DNA of 36,233 bases from a virus. A program made the translations under genes and the position numbers. Location: the IMG/VR virus record IMGVR_UViG_3300025393_000055; one strand, given 5' to 3'. Positions 16,198 to 25,031 of the stretch are shown piece by piece (the stretch's first letter is position 1; each line of letters begins with the position of its first letter). The notes beneath the pieces are model-generated. The model did no database searches and was not told the origin of the DNA. It saw nothing but the letters and a program-made list of their open reading frames with translations.

Positions 16198-17113
16198 CTC
16201 CTAGACGAAAACGGCTTTTCGGGCCGGGGGCCCGGTTCTTCGATCTGTCTAACTGATCGACATCGCACATCCAGAATACCTGCGGGCGGTTCGCCCACCA
16301 CGCAACCTTCCGGGTCCACTCGGTTCTCTTTCCGTACTGCATCACAAACGGCGTTGCTCCAAGTTCCTTGAGCAACCGGCACCGATACTTATCCTCTTCG
16401 GGGGTCGTGTCGAACCCGACGAGGACATACACGGACACCTCGTGTCGGGTGCGGATCCCGGCATCCTGCAACAGTTGAATGCCTCGCCGGATCGCGGCCT
16501 CGTCCTGAATCCGGTCGAAAGCGAAGTGTAATTGTCCGGACCATTCCAGGTCTGCGAGCCTGCCCGCGATATCCTCATCAAGGATCCGAATATCCATCCC
16601 CTGAACCGCATTGAACCGGAGCCCCTGCTCGAGAATGTAGTCTGTGTTCTCGAAGAACCACGCTTTGTCTGCGTAAACATTGTTATCGAGGCACACCACT
16701 GCATCAAACCGCTCGTCATGCCATTCGTGGATGTGCTGCCACCTCTGGATCTTCCCCTCCTTCTCCGGGACCACACAGAACGGGCAGCGTCGGATACAGC
16801 CGCGGGTCGTGAACCCGAGTGAGTACGTAGAAGGGTACAGATCATAATCCGGCTTGCAGAACTCGATCTCGTTTGGCAGGCGCTTTGCGAGGTCTACGCC
16901 CGTGCCCCCGATATCAACTTCGGCGTTCGGGAACATCTGGCGCTGGGCGGTTGCCTTCCAGGCATTCTTGGTAAAGGTCACGGAAACAAAGACCCGATCC
17001 GGGTCTGGCTCATCAAAGCTCACTGAATGCCCCATATTCTTGTAGTATGCCGACAGTTTCATCAGGGCAAGGTTCGGGATTTTACTGTCGATATCGATCA
17101 GTCTGACCTTCAT
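16169..17113 (-). CDS. Radical SAM protein of the virus-associated IDSKIPNLALMK type
   Basis: TTRGCIRRCPFCVVPEKEG (CxxxCxxC); GGAGGAGGA RBS before ATG 17113. Confidence 0.85.
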   Translation of the reverse strand: MKVRLIDIDSKIPNLALMKLSAYYKNMGHSVSFDEPDPDRVFVSVTFTKNAWKATAQRQMFPNAEVDIGGTGVDLAKRLPNEIEFCKPDYDLYPSTYSLGFTTRGCIRRCPFCVVPEKEGKIQRWQHIHEWHDERFDAVVCLDNNVYADKAWFFENTDYILEQGLRFNAVQGMDIRILDEDIAGRLADLEWSGQLHFAFDRIQDEAAIRRGIQLLQDAGIRTRHEVSVYVLVGFDTTPEEDKYRCRLLKELGATPFVMQYGKRTEWTRKVAWWANRPQVFWMCDVDQLDRSKNRAPGPKSRFRLGDGGNACIET

Positions 17114-17736
17114 TCCTCCTCCCCGTTCTTCCGGCGGAGCTGCCGCTCGCACTCCTCCTGGAGCATCGGGTACTCGGCCGCGATCCGCTCGTAGATCTTC
17201 GCGTTCAGGATCCGATACGCCTCCTGCTTCCCGACCCGGCCGAAGAGGGCGTCCAGCCGGGCCTCGTAGTTTGAGAGGTTGTGCCGGAGGTGGTTGACCG
17301 CGATCCGCTGCAGGAACTCCGGGGAACTGTCCCGCGACGCGGGCTCGTATTTGTGCCCCCGTTCCTGGTAGAGGTCCTCGTGGAACCGGTTGTAGGCCCG
17401 GATCGCGGCATCCACCACGACCTCGTAGGGCTTCGGCCGGAGGACGATCTGCCAGGTGGCGAGCTCCTGCAGGAGCCGGTCCCGCTTCGTCGCGACGGCC
17501 TTCCGGGCCCCACCCCGCCGGCCCGCGTTCCCGGCCACGAACGCCTGATATGCCGCACTCTGCTCGGCCGCCTCGACCCGGCTCGTCCGGTACAGCTTCG
17601 CCGGGGCCGCCGACCGGAAGACCGGGTTCTTGGCCTCTCGGTCGCAGGGGCCGAGGAAGGCGACGATGGCCTTCTCCGTCCAGCCCCGGGCCTTCAGGCC
17701 CGCCTTGGTGAGGTATTCTTCCTGATCGCCGGTCAT
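17110..17736 (-). CDS. Hypothetical virus-type protein
   Basis: LKARGWT...NP......LY...RVE pattern; overlap coupling on both sides. Confidence 0.7.
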   Translation of the reverse strand: MTGDQEEYLTKAGLKARGWTEKAIVAFLGPCDREAKNPVFRSAAPAKLYRTSRVEAAEQSAAYQAFVAGNAGRRGGARKAVATKRDRLLQELATWQIVLRPKPYEVVVDAAIRAYNRFHEDLYQERGHKYEPASRDSSPEFLQRIAVNHLRHNLSNYEARLDALFGRVGKQEAYRILNAKIYERIAAEYPMLQEECERQLRRKNGEEE

Positions 17737-17999
17737 TCTGACTCAGCCCCTGCCCACCAAAAGACGATTGACCCCCCCAGCACCGCCAAAAGGATCAGGC
17801 AATACCCCTGCAGGGTGTCACCAAACAGGACCCAGATCACACCGAGCATGATGGCGGTCATGACGGCCACGCTCGCCATACCGAGGAGGAACCATTCCCT
17901 GACCCCCGCATAGAACTCCTGCTGGATCCGCTTGGCGGTTTCGAGGTCTATGCCGTGCTTCTTTGCGAGTTCTCTGGCCCGATAGTCTTCGGGGTACAT
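17733..17999 (-). CDS. Two-TM membrane protein
   Basis: Two hydrophobic segments; start inferred at MYPED. Confidence 0.6.
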   Translation of the reverse strand: MYPEDYRARELAKKHGIDLETAKRIQQEFYAGVREWFLLGMASVAVMTAIMLGVIWVLFGDTLQGYCLILLAVLGGSIVFWWAGAESE

Positions 18000-18009
18000 G
18001 GATCCCATC

Positions 18010-18636
18010 TCACCGGCCCTCCCTGCGATAGTGGGCGAACCTGCGATATCTGGAGGGAACGATCCCCCGGGAGAGGTACTTGATCGCACAGGCTCCCGCC
18101 ACGGCCCCCAACCCGACCGCGAGCCCGGTAAGCGGATCTGCCTCGGCCGGGGGGCTACCGGTTGCCGCCCAGTCCGCCTCCATCGCCACCAGGTGCTCCT
18201 GATACAACTCCCCCGGGGTGCGGAACAACGCTGTATCTCCCCGGATCACCACCCGGGCGATGCCGGCGTTGAGCAGGAGCTTCGTGCAGAGCATACATGG
18301 CCCCCGGACGATCCCGGCCCCCGTCGCCACATCCTGGCTCGCGAGGTACATCGTCATCCCGGCCACGCTCTCCCGGACCTGGAGGAGGGCGTTCATCTCC
18401 GCATGGACGCTCCGGCAGGCCTCGTAGTTCTTCCCGGCCGGGACCCGGTGCTCTTCCCGGTAGCAACCGAGGCTAGCGCAGTGGGGCATCCCCACCGGGG
18501 TCCCGGTGTAGCCGGTCGAAACGATCCGGGTTCCGTCCACGATCACGGCCCCGCTGTTCCGCCGGATGCAGGTGCCCTGCTGGGCGCAGCGGAGGGCCAG
18601 GTCGAGGAAATAGGTCGGGCGGTCGGTGCGGGTCAT
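18010..18636 (-). CDS. dCMP deaminase family protein
   Basis: GAVIV, STGYTG, HAEMNA and PCMLC zinc-binding motifs. Confidence 0.9.
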   Translation of the reverse strand: MTRTDRPTYFLDLALRCAQQGTCIRRNSGAVIVDGTRIVSTGYTGTPVGMPHCASLGCYREEHRVPAGKNYEACRSVHAEMNALLQVRESVAGMTMYLASQDVATGAGIVRGPCMLCTKLLLNAGIARVVIRGDTALFRTPGELYQEHLVAMEADWAATGSPPAEADPLTGLAVGLGAVAGACAIKYLSRGIVPSRYRRFAHYRREGR

Positions 18637-19352
18637 GGATGTCCCCCGCGAACGGTGGCAAGGGCCTCCCGGTACCACCGCTCAAGATGCGCTTCCGCCT
18701 TCGTCTGGCACCGGGAGAGCAACTCCGGCGGGGGGTGCGGGGTGACGCCCCCATGCACTTTCCGGCCCGCGATCACGGGGAACTTCATTGCCCAGTTCCC
18801 CCCGGGTTCAGCGGCCGCCTCGTTCTCGTACCACGCAAAGCCGAGAGCATCATCCGGGGAGATCAGGTACTCCCGCTGGAGGTATTCGTAGCCGACCTCG
18901 TCGAAGACAATGATCGCGGAGTCCCGGCCGTCCCGGAGCGGCTTGACCAGATACGACTCCGCATGAACGGGGGACACGACGATCAGCCCGACCCCGTGCC
19001 GCCGGGTAGCCCCGATCAGCAGTCGCACCGGGGAGGGGACCGCCCGGGAGAACTGCGGCAACCCCGCAGCGGCCTGGACGATGTCTTCGAGGTAGTACAC
19101 CTCCCCCCTCCGGCTCCGCCCCAGGGCGGCGAAGAGCGGGTCGGGATCGAAGAAGATCCGGTCGGCCGAGAAGGCCGGATCGAGCCGCGTCGCGAGCGAA
19201 AGCCCGACCCTCCGGGGGTCCTGCCGGTGCGGGGAAGTGGGGTTGATCGGCCGTCCGGTCACAGTGCCGATCCAGGACCCCCGCTCGGCAAAGTGCCGCC
19301 GGGGGATGGCGAGGATCGAGTCTGATTCTTCAGAAGGGATTGAGAGTTCCAT
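18633..19352 (-). CDS. Degenerate P-loop ATPase-like protein
   Basis: LATRLDPAFSADRIFF...YYLED...TRRHGVGLIVVSP resembles archaeal viral ATPases, but no GKS/T Walker A. Confidence 0.4.
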   Translation of the reverse strand: MELSIPSEESDSILAIPRRHFAERGSWIGTVTGRPINPTSPHRQDPRRVGLSLATRLDPAFSADRIFFDPDPLFAALGRSRRGEVYYLEDIVQAAAGLPQFSRAVPSPVRLLIGATRRHGVGLIVVSPVHAESYLVKPLRDGRDSAIIVFDEVGYEYLQREYLISPDDALGFAWYENEAAAEPGGNWAMKFPVIAGRKVHGGVTPHPPPELLSRCQTKAEAHLERWYREALATVRGGHP

Positions 19353-19601
19353 CTACACCCCCCCTTGCCCCCCGGCAGATGAGAGCAACCCGTACTTCCG
19401 GCATATCTCCTTAGATACGGAATATGCCGCCGAATCGCGGATCATATCAATGTCCGGGGGATCGAACCTCCCACGAGCCCTGCACGCTTCTTGGACCCTG
19501 CTTGAAAACGCTCTAATGTATTCCTTCTCATACCCCTGTTCCACCAGCAGATGGATCTGCTGGAGTGCTTTTAGATTCATGTTAGAATGACACTCTTCCA
19601 T
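19353..19601 (-). CDS. Hypothetical protein
   Basis: Minus-strand leader AAAAATGGGGTGTAAAATG. Confidence 0.6.
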   Translation of the reverse strand: MEECHSNMNLKALQQIHLLVEQGYEKEYIRAFSSRVQEACRARGRFDPPDIDMIRDSAAYSVSKEICRKYGLLSSAGGQGGV

Positions 19602-19602
19602 T

Positions 19603-19899
19603 TTACACCCCATTTTTCCAGGTGGTCAACAATTCAAGCAGGAAGTCCGGCGAAGGCCCGGGCACCCGCTCGCCGGTCAGCAACGCGGCCCCCCGGCACC
19701 CGGCCGGGGAGAGGTAGAGGATCTCCTCGCCCCGGAGGACCGCGACGACGAGGTCTTCGGGCTGCTCCGGGGCCGTGTCGAGGACGACCTGGAGCCCGTG
19801 GAGGTCGTAGATCTCCTTGATGCCGCCGGGGGAGGGGTAGGTGGCGGTCCTGCGGCCGTGCTGCCGGACGTAAGCCGTGAACTCGGTGTAGGGGGTCAT
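19603..19899 (-). CDS. Hypothetical protein
   Basis: GAGGA RBS; 98 aa. Confidence 0.6.
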   Translation of the reverse strand: MTPYTEFTAYVRQHGRRTATYPSPGGIKEIYDLHGLQVVLDTAPEQPEDLVVAVLRGEEILYLSPAGCRGAALLTGERVPGPSPDFLLELLTTWKNGV

Positions 19900-19914
19900 T
19901 CCTCGCCATCCATG

Positions 19915-20556
19915 TTACTCTTCCTGCCCGGCTGTCCGCACTTCTTTGTTCAGGTCCTCTTCTGCCCACTCTTTCAGTCTGAGGTACAGGGTGTTCCTGG
20001 CGATCTTAAGTTTCCTGGCAACCTCTGCCTTCGAGACCCCAAGGGCAAGCAGTCGCTCAACCTTTGCACGATCAACCTCCTTCACTTTTGGACCAAACTT
20101 GACTCCCTTCTCCTTCGCCGCCTCCTGACCGAGTTTCACCCGCTCAATGATCAGAGCCCGTTCATACTCTGCAAATGCCCCCGAAATGTGGAAAAATAGC
20201 CTCCCGGTTGAGGTTGTGGTGTCGATACTCTCTTCCGTGCTGACCAGGTCGATTTGGTGCGCTTTGAACCACTCCGCGATTCGAATTAGGTCCGAGAGTG
20301 ACCGGCCGAGCCGATCCAGTTCATGGACGATGACCACATCGGCCATATGGGCCCGGAGTTCCAGATCCCGGAGCATCTTCTGGAACCCCTGGCGATCCGT
20401 GTCTTTCCCACTGGCCTTATCCGTGTAAACCCCCATCAGTTCTATGCCCCGGTAAGTACAGAACTTCTGGATCTTCTCGATCTGAGCATCAAGGTCCTGG
20501 CTTGGAGTGCTCACCCGGGCATACCCATAGGCCCGCTTCACCTTGCGTTCGCTCAT
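19915..20556 (-). CDS. Serine resolvase/invertase with C-terminal HTH
   Basis: YARVSTPSQ catalytic Ser, DKASGK, LDRLGRS, GRLFFHISGAFAEYER, HTH. Confidence 0.93.
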   Translation of the reverse strand: MSERKVKRAYGYARVSTPSQDLDAQIEKIQKFCTYRGIELMGVYTDKASGKDTDRQGFQKMLRDLELRAHMADVVIVHELDRLGRSLSDLIRIAEWFKAHQIDLVSTEESIDTTTSTGRLFFHISGAFAEYERALIIERVKLGQEAAKEKGVKFGPKVKEVDRAKVERLLALGVSKAEVARKLKIARNTLYLRLKEWAEEDLNKEVRTAGQEE

Positions 20557-21167
20557 TCTAATCCCCCCTCCGTTCCTCGGTTCTCATTCTCCTGCCTCTC
20601 CTTTTTTCTCCGATAAAACGTGGTGAGCGGGTAGCCGCATACCTTCGCCGCCGCCCGTTCGGACAGTTTCTTCTTCTTCCAGAACTCGATCTTCTCCCAA
20701 TCAACCTCTATCCTGGGGCGTCCGATCTGCTTCCCCTGCGCCTTGGCTCTCGCGAGGCCTGCTTTCGTATCCTCGCGAATCTTCTTCCGCTGGAGATCCG
20801 CACCAAGCGTCACGGCTGAGGTCAGCAGGGGCTGGAGTTCCGGCTGGGCGTTCAAAACAAACTCATCCAACTGGTTCAGCGAGACCACCTTGATCCCAGC
20901 GTCCTGAAGCCGCCAGATCTCCTGCAGGGTCCCCTTCGCGTCACGGCCGAGGCGGGAGAGGTCCGTCACATAGAGCTCCTTCACCTCTCCAGTATTGAGG
21001 AGGGCGGCCATCTGCTTGTAACCCGGGCGCTGTTCGGGGTCCTTTGCCCCGCTCACACCCTGGTCGCGGTAGATATGCTGCTCGGGGATCCCAGCCTCGG
21101 TGAGCTGCTTGATCTGCCGGGTCATGTCCTGGGAGTCTTGAGAGGTCCGTGCGTATGCAATTCTCAT
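20553..21167 (-). CDS. Second, divergent serine resolvase with C-terminal HTH
   Basis: YARTSQDSQ, DQGVSG, LSRLGRD, IGRPR, HTH-like end; ATGA-coupled to next resolvase. Confidence 0.9.
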   Translation of the reverse strand: MRIAYARTSQDSQDMTRQIKQLTEAGIPEQHIYRDQGVSGAKDPEQRPGYKQMAALLNTGEVKELYVTDLSRLGRDAKGTLQEIWRLQDAGIKVVSLNQLDEFVLNAQPELQPLLTSAVTLGADLQRKKIREDTKAGLARAKAQGKQIGRPRIEVDWEKIEFWKKKKLSERAAAKVCGYPLTTFYRRKKERQENENRGTEGGLE

Positions 21168-21405
21168 GATGATACCAGATGTTACCTTTAAGGGTATATA
21201 TGTGTATCCTATGTGACGGGCGTTTTGGTGTCACGCAAACGAGCGGTTGTGGGGGCATTATGTTTGTAATAACACGAACAAAAAGATCACTTAGCAAATA
21301 AAATTTCAGTAGAGTAAATAAGTTTTAGTTTTTTTAGTAACACAAACTGGTAAAAAAGTGTTACGAAAACCGTAGCACGTTTTTAAACAAACGTAACACT
21401 TCCCC
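21168..21405. other. AT-rich res-like site / divergent promoter region
   Basis: Half-sites TGTTAC 21180, TGTGAC 21212, GTGTCAC 21228, GTAACAC 21337, GTGTTAC 21358, GTAACAC 21393 in inverted arrangements. Confidence 0.55.
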
Positions 21406-21537
21406 GTCTTGAGATCGATCAGGATCATGGCGACCGACAGGATCCGATCCGGGGAGGATCCCGGGAGGGCGTCTCCCCCGCACTACCCATATCTTTTAGC
21501 CGACCCAGCCTCCAACCTACTCCCAAGAGACAGCACC

Positions 21538-21720
21538 ATGCCCGATCCCCCAGATATCATCTGCCCCTACTGCGGCTGCAGGGGGCACAAGACCCCGCAC
21601 CGAAAACTCTCCTGGATCCACAGCAGAGAAGAGGCCGAGCAGTTCGGGTGGAACGACTTGGCCTGCGGATCCTGCGGCCGGGCGTTCCGGGGCTACCCGT
21701 GGCCGCCGCGGAGCTCCTGA
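21538..21720 (+). CDS. Small zinc-ribbon protein
   Basis: CPYCG...CGSCG. Confidence 0.6.
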   Translation: MPDPPDIICPYCGCRGHKTPHRKLSWIHSREEAEQFGWNDLACGSCGRAFRGYPWPPRSS

Positions 21721-21773
21721 TGCCCCCAAACGTATATGCCCCTGAAGAAGCACACTACCATAGAGAAGAGGAC

Positions 21774-21950
21774 ATGATCCCGATGCAGACGATCATCACC
21801 GAACCCCCTCCCGCCGGCACCTTCTCCGCCTACGCCCCGGAGGTCCCGGGGTGCGTGGCGACCGGGGCGACCCGGGAGGGGGCCCGGGCCCGGCTGCTGG
21901 AGGCCCTGGCGTTCCACCGGGCCGGGCTCGCGGAGGACGAGGGGGCATGA
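21774..21950 (+). CDS. hicB: Solo HicB-like antitoxin domain
   Basis: FSAYAPEVPGCVATGATREGARARLLEAL. Confidence 0.75.
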   Translation: MIPMQTIITEPPPAGTFSAYAPEVPGCVATGATREGARARLLEALAFHRAGLAEDEGA

Positions 21951-22285
21951 CCGCCTCCCCCGCCCTCCTCCGGCTCGCCGGGCTGGAGCGGTTCACGATC
22001 CCGGACAAGCGGTATCCTACCCCCCTCCCGCCGGCACTCGAGGCGAACTACTGCTACACGGTGGACGGGGGCCACTCGATCCTCGTGGTGCTCGCAAACG
22101 AGTACCGGGCGGGCGAGCCGGTCGCGGACTACCTGACCCCCGCCGCCGTCCGCACCGTGCTCCGCCGGGGCTACACGGTGAAAGAGGGGGCCCTTGACGG
22201 CGAGGTCCACCCCTTCGTCTGGTGCCGGATCCCCTACTCCTCGGAGATCGGGCTGCTCGAAGAGGACGACGATATCGAATACTGA
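21947..22285 (+). CDS. Hypothetical protein
   Basis: ATGA coupling; 112 aa. Confidence 0.65.
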   Translation: MTASPALLRLAGLERFTIPDKRYPTPLPPALEANYCYTVDGGHSILVVLANEYRAGEPVADYLTPAAVRTVLRRGYTVKEGALDGEVHPFVWCRIPYSSEIGLLEEDDDIEY

Positions 22286-22300
22286 CCCCGAAGGGGTCAG
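22282..22300. terminator. Perfect hairpin CTGACCCC-GAA-GGGGTCAG
   Basis: 8-bp stem overlapping the stop codon; terminator or processing role is inference. Confidence 0.4.
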
Positions 22301-22322
22301 GACCCTTAAAAATGAGGTAAAA

Positions 22323-22361
22323 ATGAGCAAAATTCCCGTAACCAAGAGGGGATCGGCGTGA
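22323..22361 (+). CDS. 12-aa leader-headed micro-ORF MSKIPVTKRGSA
   Basis: Perfect leader AAAAATGAGGTAAAAATG; stop overlaps GTG of next gene (GTGA). Confidence 0.4.
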   Translation: MSKIPVTKRGSA

Positions 22362-23002
22362 CCGATGCTCCCGAGTTCCCCCAGGCCGACCCGGCGGTCC
22401 AGTACATCGTCCGGCAGGTCGCGAAGATCGAGGACGCCCAGGCCTGCACCGCGGGCTACTACAAGGGGCAGGCGGCCCTGCTGCGCCGGCTGGAGAGGAC
22501 CGACGAAGAACTGACCCGGATCCGGGGTTTGCTTGATGGGCTCGACCCGCAGGCCACCGCCCGGTACTTCCGGGAGGGCATGGACCACGCGATCAGCGAG
22601 GTCGAGGGCGAAGTCCGCCGGGAGATCCAGAAGGGGGCCGCCGACGCCGTTGCCCGGCTGGCCGCCGCCTCCCGCAACCTCGAGCTGACCGCGGCCGATG
22701 TCGAGCGGCAGATGGAGAGGGTGCAGAAGAACATGGCCGGGTCCGAGGGCCTGCTCCGCTCCGCCGTCCGGCAGGCCGCCGGGGAGTATGCCGATGCCGT
22801 CAAGGGGTCGGAGGCATCCCTGCAGGCGACCGCCCGGGCCGTCACCGAAGAGTTCCAGGGGATCGCGGCATCCCAGACCGATCTGCAGGCCCGGTTCGCG
22901 GCCCTGGTCGAGAAGTGCCTCTACCGGGTGCCGCTGGCGTATCTGGCCGGGCTGGTGGGGCTGGCCTTCGCCCTCGGCTTCGTGGTCCGGGGGGTGGTAT
23001 GA
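22358..23002 (+). CDS. Coiled-coil protein with C-terminal TM anchor
   Basis: Ala/Glu heptad pattern and terminal hydrophobic helix. Confidence 0.7.
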   Translation: MTDAPEFPQADPAVQYIVRQVAKIEDAQACTAGYYKGQAALLRRLERTDEELTRIRGLLDGLDPQATARYFREGMDHAISEVEGEVRREIQKGAADAVARLAAASRNLELTAADVERQMERVQKNMAGSEGLLRSAVRQAAGEYADAVKGSEASLQATARAVTEEFQGIAASQTDLQARFAALVEKCLYRVPLAYLAGLVGLAFALGFVVRGVV

Positions 23003-23265
23003 TCCCCCTGGACCGCGACACCCTCACGAGCCTGGCCGGGCTGGAGGTCCTGGCCCTCGCCGGGATCCTGCTCCCCCTCTTCGTCGGGCACTTCCTGCAC
23101 CCGGCCGCCGGGCTGGTCCTGGCCCTGGTGTGGTGGGCGACCCCGGGGTGCCCGGTCCAGATCCTGCACGACTTCCGGCGGGGCTGGTACCCCTTCCTCG
23201 CGGCCTACCCCTGGTGCCTATATCTCTTCTTCGAGGACCTGCTCGCAGGCGACCCCCTCGCCTGA
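22999..23265 (+). CDS. Small membrane protein
   Basis: ATGA coupling; 2-3 hydrophobic segments. Confidence 0.65.
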   Translation: MIPLDRDTLTSLAGLEVLALAGILLPLFVGHFLHPAAGLVLALVWWATPGCPVQILHDFRRGWYPFLAAYPWCLYLFFEDLLAGDPLA

Positions 23266-23285
23266 CCGTTCCCTGTCCGTTTTTT

Positions 23286-23297
23286 CTGCACATGCAG
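23286..23297. promoter_or_regulatory. CTGCA-N2-TGCAG palindrome
   Basis: CTGCACATGCAG, intergenic. Confidence 0.6.
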
Positions 23298-23444
23298 GCC
23301 GCTCGGGCAACCTTTAGAGAATCCCGAAGAGTTGCCCCCCAACTCTCCGGTAATCCCGGATAGTTCCTCCCGCACCAGCGCATCCCGTAGCACCACCATA
23401 GGCAACCTATATCCCCCCCGCCCTGCTATTGTGATCGAAGCACC

Positions 23445-23738
23445 ATGGCACCCTCGAAAGCACATCCCGAACGGGGCTGCAAGCTCACCCCGAAGCAGGC
23501 CGAAACCCTCCGGAGGGAGGGGTTCGTGGATATCGTCCGCGGCGGGAAGAAGATCCGGCTGAACCGCGGGTACACCCCCGGCGTGGTCCGGGCCAGCACC
23601 CGGCAGACCGGCCGATCGATCCCGCAGTACGACGGTCGGATGAAGGCAATGGCTCCCGGCAAACGGATCTCGGCCCGGGGCCGGATCTATTTTGAGTACC
23701 GGCGGAACCGGACGGATGTCCGGGGGTCGCGGGTCTAA
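23445..23738 (+). CDS. Basic protein with PGKR...YFEYRRNRTD motif
   Basis: C-terminus like 3760..4236; N-terminus like 30224..30736. Confidence 0.75.
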   Translation: MAPSKAHPERGCKLTPKQAETLRREGFVDIVRGGKKIRLNRGYTPGVVRASTRQTGRSIPQYDGRMKAMAPGKRISARGRIYFEYRRNRTDVRGSRV

Positions 23739-23975
23739 GGGGGGAGACCCCCCGCACCCCTCATCAGGTGGCCCCCCGGATCCTCTTCTCGCTCCTGCGC
23801 CGCCCAGAGCCCCGATTCTCTGATCCGTCCCGTATCATCACCTCCCAAAACCCGATCCTATCCTCGCAACCCGAAGCAACGCCATAGACAACCTTTATCT
23901 CTCATCGCCCCCACTTCCCCTGTAGAGCAACCCCCGACGAGGAGGTGGATCTGCCGAGATCCGGCAGGAACGAGC

Positions 23976-24242
23976 ATGAAAGTCAATGCAAAAGGGAGGC
24001 GGTGCGCCCCCACGGTGACGGCAAAGCGGCTGGAGCAGTTCCCCGGCAAGGGAACCGCTTACATCCGCGAGAACACCCCGAACCCCCGGCTGACCCGGCC
24101 GGAGGATCACGGGTGGACCGAGATCTCGGACGCCGAGATCGCGAAGTTCGCCCGGCTCGGCTACGATGTCTGGTACAAGACCGCCAGCATGGGCGGGGCG
24201 CACCGGGTGTACCGGTCGCTGAAGAAGGCCGGGCAGAAGTGA
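23976..24242 (+). CDS. Small basic hypothetical protein
   Basis: First gene of the dense array. Confidence 0.65.
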   Translation: MKVNAKGRRCAPTVTAKRLEQFPGKGTAYIRENTPNPRLTRPEDHGWTEISDAEIAKFARLGYDVWYKTASMGGAHRVYRSLKKAGQK

Positions 24243-24270
24243 GTGACTGAACAGTAAAATGAGGTAAAAA

Positions 24271-24546
24271 ATGGGAAAACTGAGGAAAGAGCGCCCCGAA
24301 CGCCGGACGTTCAACGGGAAGAGGTTCCAGATCGTGGGCTGTTACAAAGAGGCCGGCGAAGCCCGGAAGACGCAGCGCCGTCTCCTGGCGCAGAACCGGC
24401 TCGCCAGAGTTGTGCCGTCCACGGCCCCGCTCCTGAAACTCGAACAACTGCAGAAGGCCTCGGGGCAACCGATTGGAAAGCCCCGGCCCGGGGAGACCTA
24501 CTACATCCTCTACGCCCGCAGGCAGGAGTCGGAGAACTGGCGATGA
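24271..24546 (+). CDS. FDGK-family protein
   Basis: RTFNGKRFQI...EARKTQRRLLAQNRLARVV...YYILYARR; leader. Confidence 0.8.
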   Translation: MGKLRKERPERRTFNGKRFQIVGCYKEAGEARKTQRRLLAQNRLARVVPSTAPLLKLEQLQKASGQPIGKPRPGETYYILYARRQESENWR

Positions 24547-24734
24547 AAGCCTACTGTATCAAGGTCGGGACCCAGTACGTCTCCGGGACCTGTGCCTTCG
24601 GCGGCTGCGTCCCGAAACTGGTCTCGAACAAGAACTTCGCCTACGTCTACGACACGCGGGCCGAGGCCGAGGCCGCGGTGCGCTACCTTGCCGTCGCCCA
24701 GATCACCTGGGATGCGCAGATTGAAAAACTGTAA
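24543..24734 (+). CDS. Small hypothetical protein
   Basis: ATGA coupling; YDTRAEAEAA motif. Confidence 0.65.
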   Translation: MKAYCIKVGTQYVSGTCAFGGCVPKLVSNKNFAYVYDTRAEAEAAVRYLAVAQITWDAQIEKL

Positions 24735-24749
24735 AATGAGGTACGAAAA

Positions 24750-25019
24750 ATGGTGAAACGCTACAACTACAAGAACCCCAAACCCGCCCAATGGCATGAG
24801 GGGCCCCGCTACGACATCTCGGTCGCTAACAACCTGCTCTACACGAACAGCGACTGGACCCGGGGGAAGGTCACGGTCTTCATCAAGGACAAGTGGGACG
24901 GCAACAAGATCCACCAGCGCACCGGCGATGCCCAGATGATCGGGAACTTCAGCCCGATCTGGGTGAACTGGAAGGGCAAGAAGATTATGATCGAGAAACT
25001 GCTCGACAGCACGCAGTAA
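24750..25019 (+). CDS. Small basic hypothetical protein
   Basis: Leader motif. Confidence 0.7.
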   Translation: MVKRYNYKNPKPAQWHEGPRYDISVANNLLYTNSDWTRGKVTVFIKDKWDGNKIHQRTGDAQMIGNFSPIWVNWKGKKIMIEKLLDSTQ

Positions 25020-25031
25020 AATGAGGTAAAA

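Noticed and set aside
15198-21405. Actively invertible segment
   Set aside because: No second copy of the GTAACAC-type site was found at the left boundary near 15.2 kb; kept only as a low-interest observation.
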